A stretch of 13,666 bases of DNA from a bacterium (lineage in GTDB: Bacteria > UBP7 > UBA6624 > JBBIMK01): the NCBI GenBank assembly GCA_037444445.1, contig JBBIMK010000041.1, forward strand, positions 1 to 13,666. Reading direction: 5' to 3'. Shown one piece after another: positions 1-6,187 of the stretch. Positions within the stretch are counted from its first letter, which is position 1; each line of letters starts with the position of its first letter. Under the pieces are notes generated by a model. That model made no database searches, had not been told where the DNA came from, and saw only the letters and a program-made list of their open reading frames with translations. A program made the position numbers and the translations under genes.

Positions 1-240
1 CATCGTTCAGTTCTTCCTGACTTTGATTTTAGCATACAGGAGCAGAGTCTGGAAATGCTGACGGCTTATTCCCATGCCCGCCCAAGCGCTTTTTGACCCA
101 TATCTTCCTGGATTTCTCAATCCGCGGCGCATCGCTTATTCTCCGTTCGTTAAATAAGGTCGGTCGCTATTAAACGAATTGGCTGTTTCGTTGAATAAGC
201 GCCTGTATTCACCCGCCATACCCCTGCTCCTCCAGTTTCC

Positions 241-561
241 TCAGCAACGCTTCCACCGCAGGCTTGAGTGCGGGGACGCCTTTTGCACCGCATCCCAGAC
301 GATGTCCGTGTCGCTCTCGAAGTAGCCATGGACCAGGATGTTGCGCATGCCGATGATCTCGGGCCAGGGGATGTCCGGTGCCAGGCTCCTGATATCTTCA
401 GGCAGAGCACGGGCGGCCTCGCCGAGGATCTGCAGGTGCCGGAGAAACCATACCTGGAGCATCTCGTCCTGCTCGAAAGCGGCTCTGTCGCGATCCCCAT
501 AGCGCTCGATTACCGCGATCGCCTGCAAGATGTCCCGTAGCCTTTCCCTCGGATCTCTCAT
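241..561 (-). CDS. hepT: HepT-like HEPN/DUF86 RNase toxin of a type VII (MntA/HepT) toxin-antitoxin pair; the 3' end appears frameshifted
   Basis: The 106-aa frame starts at ATG 561-559; the 132-aa track ORF over-extends into mntA. The HEPN RX4HXY motif is present as 'RNILVHGY'. The start overlaps the mntA stop as ATGA (558-561). The canonical C-terminal helix '[22 protein letters not shown]' is readable in another frame down to 209. Confidence 0.85.
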   Translation of the reverse strand: MRDPRERLRDILQAIAVIERYGDRDRAAFEQDEMLQVWFLRHLQILGEAARALPEDIRSLAPDIPWPEIIGMRNILVHGYFESDTDIVWDAVQKASPHSSLRWKRC

Positions 562-848
562 ACCGGCATCGCTTCCTGAAGAACACGTTCGCGAATCCGG
601 CTTTTGAGGCCGCGCTCCGTCACGACGTCTACGCGGCACCCCAGAAGTTCCTCCAACTCGTACTGGAGCCCCCCAGGGTCAAAGAGGGTCCTGCCCGGCT
701 CAAGCTCAACGAGGAAGTCCAGGTCGCTCTCCTCGTCCGCTTCTCCGCGAGCCACCGAACCGAACACCCGAACATTCCGCGCCCCGTACCTGGCGCAGAT
801 GCGCAGGATGTCCTCGCGCTTTTCGTGCAAGCGCTCGTTAACGGTCAT
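558..848 (-). CDS. mntA: MntA-like minimal nucleotidyltransferase antitoxin (partner of HepT)
   Basis: 96 aa with Pol-beta NTase motifs 'FGSVARGE' (GSxxRG) and 'DLDFLV' (DxD). It lies immediately upstream of hepT with a 4-nt overlap. Confidence 0.9.
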   Translation of the reverse strand: MTVNERLHEKREDILRICARYGARNVRVFGSVARGEADEESDLDFLVELEPGRTLFDPGGLQYELEELLGCRVDVVTERGLKSRIRERVLQEAMPV

Positions 849-1071
849 AGCCCAGCTCCTTCAGGTTCATCCAGATTGCCTCATCCAGCCGGCGCGCCTC
901 CGCCTGTTGCTCGCGAAGTTGCGCCACCGGGAGCGCCATCTTCTTCGCAAAAGGCTCGCCGTCTTCTTCCTGAACCCCAGCACCGACATAACGCCCGGGC
1001 GTGAGGACATAGCCGTGCTGGCGGCAAAACTCTGCCAGCGCTTCTCTGGGAACGGATATCCCGGGATTCAT
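838..1071 (-). pseudogene. hsdM: 3'-terminal remnant of a type I restriction-modification methyltransferase gene (HsdM C-terminal tail only)
   Basis: '[56 protein letters not shown]' matches the characteristic extreme C-terminus of HsdM-type N6-adenine methyltransferases. There is an in-frame stop 5 codons upstream of the ATG. No methyltransferase domain is present, and composition switches to AT-rich at about 1072. Confidence 0.7.
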
Positions 1072-1091
1072 ATCGTTATCACTATGTTAAT

Positions 1092-1118
1092 ACTATATCT
1101 GCGGGACGATGAAGTCAA
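1092..1118 (-). promoter_or_regulatory. Candidate sigma70-type promoter at the truncation junction, possibly driving the hsdM-remnant/mntA/hepT transcript
   Basis: On the minus strand, TTGACT (1118-1113), a 15-nt spacer, then TATAGT (1097-1092), about 20 nt upstream of ATG 1071. The spacer is shorter than optimal. Confidence 0.25.
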
Positions 1119-1356
1119 ACGCCAGGAGCCTCATTCTGAGCCGAAAGCGAAATCCCGATGAAACACATCGGGAGAGATGCTTTACCGGGGCTTTATGGCC
1201 ATTTTTGGGTCATCATTTGAACCGGGGCTCAATGCATACTTGACTTTTGTGGAAATTTTTGTCACTGTTATGGTAGGGGAAAGAAAATGACCTGCCAACC
1301 GGGAATGGAAGAGGGGATGCCTTTTCCCGCCTGCGAGGGAAAGGAGGTGAGAAACT

Positions 1357-1866
1357 ATGGCAGTGTGGATTGTATGGGGGCTCACCGGGCTGATGGCACT
1401 GGCTTTAATCCTGATTCTCGTTTATACTGCCCGGGAGCGCTCCTGGCAAGAGAGGGTCTTCGGCGAGGGCATTCCAGAAGAGCCCCGGGGAGCGGAACTT
1501 CTATACGAGCGGAATGCTTACTATTTCGGCACCACTGTAGGAGCGAGCTCCCTGAGACGCTACATGCTGAATGGAATGTCTGCCCGGGGCAACGGCGAAC
1601 TCTGGCTGACCACCAATGGCATCCTGTTCAAGCGGTTATTTGAGGCAGACCCATTTCGCATCCCTCTATCCTGGGTTCTCCGCATTGAAGAAGGAACCGG
1701 ACATGCGGGGAAGTGGGCTATGGGGAGAAAGGTGATCAAGGTGGTGTGGAACAAGAAGGGAGGGATGCTGATTTCCGGTTTTCTGGTGCCTGCGAGTGAG
1801 CATCACCGCTGGCTGGGGCAGATGAGAAAAGAAGTGTCACGCCGAGCCCCTACCCGAACCAGATAG
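1357..1866 (+). CDS. Hypothetical single-pass membrane protein with a cytoplasmic PH/GRAM-like domain
   Basis: Strong RBS AGGAGGTGA about 7 nt before the ATG. N-terminal TM helix 'WIVWGLTGLMALALILILVY'. The pattern 'GELWLTTNGILFKR...IPLSWVLRIEE...VIKVVW' is typical of bacterial PH/GRAM-like folds; this function call is weak. Confidence 0.7.
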   Translation: MAVWIVWGLTGLMALALILILVYTARERSWQERVFGEGIPEEPRGAELLYERNAYYFGTTVGASSLRRYMLNGMSARGNGELWLTTNGILFKRLFEADPFRIPLSWVLRIEEGTGHAGKWAMGRKVIKVVWNKKGGMLISGFLVPASEHHRWLGQMRKEVSRRAPTRTR

Positions 1867-1923
1867 CCCCTCCGCTACCCCTCCATCCTGAATGCCCCTT
1901 TCACCCTTTCACTGCTTCACCGC

Positions 1924-3120
1924 TTATTTTCCCAACAGGAGGATTCCCCACAGACACACTAACAGCAGGTTCCTCAGGTTCAACAGGTGAAAAGCCCACG
2001 CCTCCAGGTTCACCAGCCCGGTGAACCCCCAGGGATAGATAGCCGTCGTGGCAAAGCAGATGACAAGGAAGAGCAGGTGCGCTCTCTCTCCGGTTTTCCC
2101 TCCCATCACGGTGATGAAAGGGAAGAGCCAGATGATATACTGGGGCGAGAGGACTTTTCCCAATAGAAGGAAGGCGAGCACCGACGCTCCCGCATACCGC
2201 ACTCCATCCTTCATACCCGACCGCTTGAACCGCCAGAGGGTCAGGAGTATCGCTATCCCTTGAAGGGGGAAGGTGACTCCCGCAACCGCCCGGGACCAGG
2301 GGGTTAGAAGGGCTTCAGAGGAATGGGTGTACTGATGAGAAATCCATCCGCCGGTGAGGGATGTGAGGATAAACAGGAAGCCGGAATAGAGGGAGCCGAT
2401 TTCCAGCCCCCGCCCGAGGTGATACTGAAGAGAATGAAGGATGCCCGTGGTTCCACCGATGACGAGCCACAGCCCGGCTCCCACCCCGAGGGTAACAGCG
2501 AAGGCAAGTGTTCCACGCATGCACTCCTGACGGGCTTTCAACGCTTCATACAATACACCAACAATTGCAACCACTGCGGGGAAAACTTTCAATAACGCAC
2601 CCACGCCTGCCGTGATTCCTCCCGCCACTTCTTTCCGTGAGAACCACCAGACGGCGGAGGCAAAACCCAGCACCATCGGCGCCAGGTCATAACGGGCTAT
2701 CCCCAGCGGAGAGAGAAGAAGGAAGTAAAGAGTATACCACGCCAGTCGCCCGGGCACTCGTCGGATTCCTTCCCGCGCCTCAGTGTATCGCGCTATCAGG
2801 TAGACCGCCAGCCCATTCCAGAACAGCATCTCTAACCCGAACAGGAAGCGATACACCGCAAAATCTGAAGTGAACAATCGGGGGATGAGGAATAATGGGA
2901 AGGAGAGCAGAGGGTATTCTATTCCATAGTCCCGATAAGGAATTGCTCCCGAGAGGGCTCTTGAGGCGTAGAGAAAATACTTGTGCACATCATCAAACAG
3001 GTTTTCCGGCGGCGTAGTGCCGTAGAAAACAGGAATCTTTGAGATGAGCAACGCGAGAAGTGCGTGAAGAACAGACGCTGTCAGCGTATACACCAGCAAC
3101 CTTTTGTCTCTCTTCCTCAT
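1924..3120 (-). CDS. Polytopic membrane glycosyltransferase, GT-C fold (DUF2029/GT87-like)
   Basis: 398 aa with more than 10 hydrophobic segments. The N-terminal loop motif 'IPYRDYGIEYPLLSFPLFLIP' resembles the pYrDf..eYPP signature of DUF2029/GT87 mannosyltransferase-like proteins. Confidence 0.7.
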   Translation of the reverse strand: MRKRDKRLLVYTLTASVLHALLALLISKIPVFYGTTPPENLFDDVHKYFLYASRALSGAIPYRDYGIEYPLLSFPLFLIPRLFTSDFAVYRFLFGLEMLFWNGLAVYLIARYTEAREGIRRVPGRLAWYTLYFLLLSPLGIARYDLAPMVLGFASAVWWFSRKEVAGGITAGVGALLKVFPAVVAIVGVLYEALKARQECMRGTLAFAVTLGVGAGLWLVIGGTTGILHSLQYHLGRGLEIGSLYSGFLFILTSLTGGWISHQYTHSSEALLTPWSRAVAGVTFPLQGIAILLTLWRFKRSGMKDGVRYAGASVLAFLLLGKVLSPQYIIWLFPFITVMGGKTGERAHLLFLVICFATTAIYPWGFTGLVNLEAWAFHLLNLRNLLLVCLWGILLLGK

Positions 3121-3163
3121 TCCATTTAATCGTAGGATATTTTTTAATGGATGGCAACTTTTA

Positions 3164-3901
3164 TCATTCCTCCCTGAACAGGTAGCCTCCCATGCTGAAA
3201 CCGGTGAGTTCCCCTGCCTGAATCTTCTCCCACAGTTCCTCGTTCAGGACTTTCACCACAAGGATCCAGGACCCTTTTCGGACGCTGGAATTTTCGGACT
3301 TTTGACCGGTGGAAGCAGGGAAGGAAAAATCTGTGGGCGCGATGTAGGATTCCACCACCACCGCCTGATGGCGGGGAAGAGGCTGGGAATGCATCAGCCG
3401 GAGGCTTTTATAATCCGATAGGAAGGTGTGAGCCGCCTCCTCTATCACCTCTTCCTCTGCATAGTCTCCTTCCCCATCCAGTGTTTCTGGCTCATAAACG
3501 ATTCCATACACCAGGTGCTTTTGAGGCTCAATCTTACAGAAGGGGATGAAGCGTTTATCCTCTTTCTGCTCCTGGATGAGGGACAGGAGGCGTTTGACTG
3601 CTACGAGGATATTCGTATAGCCCTGCTGAGAAGCGCGCTGATAGGCGGCAATCAGCCCCCTTCGGTTCACCGTCCTTCCATCGCTGGAGAAAGGGAAGCC
3701 CCAGTGGTCTTTCACCTTCGGGTCTGGATTTTCCACATAATGGGCGAGGCACCAGCGATTCAGCCCGCCTTTCTGTATCAGCCGGTCCCCGTCTTTTCCC
3801 CAGTCAAACTCCCAGGATTCTGATTCTGTAATCTCACCCTTTTGAATCAGGCTTACTGCATGATTGTATCCTTCCCGGTTCAACTCTGGAAATTCTGCCA
3901 T
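3164..3901 (-). CDS. XkdF-like protein (phage 'putative serine protease' Peptidase_S78_2 domain) with an unrelated N-terminal domain
   Basis: The C-terminal half aligns by eye to B. subtilis PBSX XkdF: 'LVYGIVYEPETLDGEGDY..EEVIEEAAHTFL', 'VVESYIAPTDF', 'RKGSWILVVKVLNEELWEKIQAGELTGFSMGG'. The N-terminal ~110 aa carry 'KDHWGFPF...VNRRGLIAAYQRASQQGY'. A purine-rich RBS sits about 10 nt upstream. Confidence 0.8.
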   Translation of the reverse strand: MAEFPELNREGYNHAVSLIQKGEITESESWEFDWGKDGDRLIQKGGLNRWCLAHYVENPDPKVKDHWGFPFSSDGRTVNRRGLIAAYQRASQQGYTNILVAVKRLLSLIQEQKEDKRFIPFCKIEPQKHLVYGIVYEPETLDGEGDYAEEEVIEEAAHTFLSDYKSLRLMHSQPLPRHQAVVVESYIAPTDFSFPASTGQKSENSSVRKGSWILVVKVLNEELWEKIQAGELTGFSMGGYLFREE

Positions 3902-4033
3902 CTATGGTCGCCCCCTTTTTGAATTCCGCAGGGTTTTTCCCTCATCATTCAATCCCCATTCTATTCTTGCCTATCCAAACAGAGGGGGTGGGCAACCTAT
4001 GATGCCAGTTGCTGGAGGTGGTAGAATGGAAGC

Positions 4034-4852
4034 GTGGCGAGGATACAGGACCTGACTCTCATCTATCTGGATGTGGAGACGACGGGATTGAGTCCCCATC
4101 ACGGCGACCGGGTGTGCGAGATTGCCCTGCTGAAAGTCAGTGGTGGACGAACACTGGACGCCTTTGACACTCTCTTGAATCCGGAGCATCTTATTTCTCC
4201 AGGCGCCACAGCCGTCAACGGAATCACCAATGATATGGTGAGAAATAAACCCCTTTTCCTGAATGTGGTGAGCCAGGTGCTGTCTTTTTTTCACGACCCT
4301 GACAGCGTTCTCGTGGCGCATAACGCTCCCTTTGACCTGGAGTTTCTGGCAAGTGAACTGGGGCGTCTGGCTCTTCCTCTGCCCCGGTTGCCCGTGCTGG
4401 ACACCCTTCGCCTGGCTCGGAAATGCTATCGTTTTCCCTCCAACAGCCTTCCACAAATCGCTCTCTCCTTAGGCATTCCCATCGGTGTTCGGCACCGGGC
4501 AATGCCCGATGTCCTCACCACCAGGGAAGTGATGGAAATGTTTTTGATAGACTTTCGGGCGCGAAACCTGGACACCCTGAAAGCCCTGATGGAAATCCAG
4601 CGTGGAGAAGTTCACCCCCCGCCTTTCCTTCCTTCCTACCCCATCCCCCCGGACCTGGAAGAAGCCCTTCAGCAGGGAAAAAAGGTTCACATCCGCTACA
4701 TTTCTGCCGATGGGATTCAAACCTCCCGCTGGATTGAACCTCTACAGGTGGAAGCCCGAATGGACGCCCTGTATGTGGTGGCTTACTGCCATCTCAGGCA
4801 GGCAGAGCGCTCCTTCCGTCTGGACCGCATCCTTGAAATCCGCCAGGAGTAG
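4034..4852 (+). CDS. DEDDh (DnaQ/RNase T-like) 3'-5' exonuclease fused to a C-terminal WYL domain
   Basis: GTG start with GGAGGTGG about 13 nt upstream. Exo I is 'YLDVETTG', Exo II is 'VAHNAPFDLEFL', Exo III is 'HRAMPDV'. A Pro-rich linker 'HPPPFLPSYPIPP' follows. The WYL-type C-terminus is 'VHIRYISADGIQTSRWIEPLQVEARMDALYVVAYCHLRQAERSFRLDRILEI'. Confidence 0.85.
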   Translation: MARIQDLTLIYLDVETTGLSPHHGDRVCEIALLKVSGGRTLDAFDTLLNPEHLISPGATAVNGITNDMVRNKPLFLNVVSQVLSFFHDPDSVLVAHNAPFDLEFLASELGRLALPLPRLPVLDTLRLARKCYRFPSNSLPQIALSLGIPIGVRHRAMPDVLTTREVMEMFLIDFRARNLDTLKALMEIQRGEVHPPPFLPSYPIPPDLEEALQQGKKVHIRYISADGIQTSRWIEPLQVEARMDALYVVAYCHLRQAERSFRLDRILEIRQE

Positions 4853-4955
4853 ATTCTCCCGCCCCTCCCTTTTTCCTCCTGTATAATTAAATACAGTAGA
4901 GGCAACCTCGTGAGAGGGAAGGAGAAATTTTATCGGGGTAAAGAGGTGATATTTC

Positions 4956-5705
4956 TTGAGTTTTGAGGGCAAGAAAGCACTGATCACCGGTGGGACCAGG
5001 GGTATCGGGAAGGCTACCGCCCTGTTGCTGGCAAGAAAAAAATGTGATGTGGCTCTGGGGTTTATGCGGAATCGGGAGGCGGCAGAGAAAACTCGCCAGG
5101 AAATTGAATCTCTTGGCGTCCAGTGCCTTCTGATTCAGAAGAATATCTATAAGGTCAAGAATATCCAGGAAATTTTCCAGCGGGTCAAGGAGGCCTGGGG
5201 AACCCTGGATTTTTTTGTGAGCAATGCCGCACTTGGAGTCCTGAAGCCCACTTCTGAACTCACGGAAACCGGCTGGAACCTCACCCTGGATGTGAATGCG
5301 AAAGCGTTTTTATTCGGTGCACAGGAAGCGGCAAAGTTGATGCAGGAAAGAGGGGGGAAAATCGTGGCAGTGTCCAGCATCGGAAGCCATTTCTGCCTCC
5401 CGGGATATGCGGCTATGGGCGCCAGCAAAGCGGCCATTGAAACCCTCACCCGGTACCTGGCGCAGGAACTGGCACCGAAGGGAATTCTGGTCAACGCCGT
5501 CTCCGGCGGTCCTGTGGATACGGAAGCCCTTCGCTTCTTCCCCAATTATCAGACCCTGATGAAAATCACGGTGGAACGAACCCCTCTTCACCGCATGGGA
5601 TGCCCTGAGGACCTGGCGAAGGTGATTGTCTGGCTGTTGAGTGAGGATGCGAACTGGGTGGTGGGGCAAACCATCGTGGCTGACGGTGGGCTAACCCTTG
5701 GCTGA
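4956..5705 (+). CDS. fabL: SDR-family enoyl-[acyl-carrier-protein] reductase, FabL-like
   Basis: TTG start with AGAGGTGA upstream. Rossmann motif 'ALITGGTRGIGKA'. Long collinear similarity, from memory, to B. subtilis FabL: 'VNAKAFLFGAQEAAKLMQERGGKIVAVSSIGS', 'GASKAAIETLTRYLAQELAPKGILVNAVSGGPVDTEALRFFPN', 'GQTIVADGG'. Confidence 0.7.
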   Translation: MSFEGKKALITGGTRGIGKATALLLARKKCDVALGFMRNREAAEKTRQEIESLGVQCLLIQKNIYKVKNIQEIFQRVKEAWGTLDFFVSNAALGVLKPTSELTETGWNLTLDVNAKAFLFGAQEAAKLMQERGGKIVAVSSIGSHFCLPGYAAMGASKAAIETLTRYLAQELAPKGILVNAVSGGPVDTEALRFFPNYQTLMKITVERTPLHRMGCPEDLAKVIVWLLSEDANWVVGQTIVADGGLTLG

Positions 5706-6144
5706 ATCCCTCTTCCCCCCGTTTCTTTATCCCGCAATCCTCCTGACGATAAACCTTTCAGGCGCCGTGATATCCGGTTATTTCGTTTATCTGGACCGGC
5801 ATCCGCCCACCCCTCAATCCTGCCCTACCTTTGCTCGCCCCGTTTGCCTGGAACTCCGATTCACACCCTATTATGCCTGCCTCGGCATTCCCAATGTGTA
5901 TCTCGCTTTTGTCTATTTCACCCTCTGCCTCCTATTCAGCCTTCTCTTTCTCGCTGAGGGTGTATTCGGGAAACTCATTTCTGCTCTGTTTTCTTCTATC
6001 TTTTCCTTTTCCATCGTGGCCTCTCTATTTTCTATGCTGATGGTCTATTTTTTAATCTTCCATCTCCGCAAGCCCTGCTTTGTTTGCTTCACCCTCACCG
6101 TTCTTTCCGTTTTGAATACAATCCTTCTTGGTGCTGGGCTGTAA
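5698..6144 (+). CDS. VKOR-like (vitamin K epoxide reductase family) membrane thiol oxidoreductase
   Basis: About 4 TM helices. A loop Cys pair 'SCPTFARPVC' is followed by 'LGIPNVYLAFVYF'. A CxxC motif 'CFVC' sits at the start of the last TM. The non-ATG (TTG) start overlaps the fabL stop by 8 nt, so the exact start is uncertain. Confidence 0.6.
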   Translation: MAESLFPPFLYPAILLTINLSGAVISGYFVYLDRHPPTPQSCPTFARPVCLELRFTPYYACLGIPNVYLAFVYFTLCLLFSLLFLAEGVFGKLISALFSSIFSFSIVASLFSMLMVYFLIFHLRKPCFVCFTLTVLSVLNTILLGAGL

Positions 6145-6148
6145 ACAA

Positions 6149-6176
6149 GAGGATGGATACCCCTTACTCCATCCTT
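6149..6176. terminator. Possible bidirectional hairpin terminator between the convergent VKOR-like and histidine kinase genes
   Basis: Stem aggatgga (6150-6157) pairs with tccatcct (6168-6175) around a 10-nt loop. It is followed by T-rich 'tccttctcattttta' on the plus strand and fills most of the 43-nt convergent gap. Confidence 0.35.
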
Positions 6177-6187
6177 CCTTCTCATTT

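Noticed and set aside
1-208. Possible hsdS or hsdR remnant downstream of hepT. Also a possible plus-strand 3' gene end (1-104, '...LPDFDFSIQEQSLEMLTAYSHARPSAF*') and imperfect inverted repeats (gcttattc ... gaataagc; aacgaa/ttcgtt at 173-192).
   Set aside because: No frame shows HsdS or HsdR-like motifs. The partial ORF is only 34 codons with no recognisable family. The stems are short and AT-rich. There is not enough evidence to call a gene or a terminator.
604-1161. 185-aa plus-strand ORF, and similar long ORFs antisense to real genes: 150-500(-), 268-540(+), 3428-3823(+), 3971-4456(-), 5147-5545(-), 8115-8594(+) and 8834-9238(+).
   Set aside because: Each lies fully antisense to, or out of frame with, a gene that has clear family motifs. 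Their products are Arg/Ser/Pro-rich low-complexity sequence with no recognisable domain. This is typical of shadow ORFs in GC-rich coding DNA.
1153-1173. Perfect 8-bp hairpin tcccgatg-aaaca-catcggga, preceded by 'cattctgagccgaaagcgaaatc', which resembles half of a REP/MITE-like palindromic unit seen in many genomes.
   Set aside because: There is no second copy in the window, no T-tract on the plus strand, and no minus-strand gene for it to terminate. It cannot be distinguished from chance or from the scar of the R-M deletion.
1182-1643. ORFs 1182-1385(-) and 1287-1643(+), which overlap the start of the 1357-1866 gene.
   Set aside because: The 1357 ATG has a near-perfect AGGAGGTGA RBS and yields a coherent TM plus globular-domain protein. 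The competing ORFs have no RBS and no protein-like composition.
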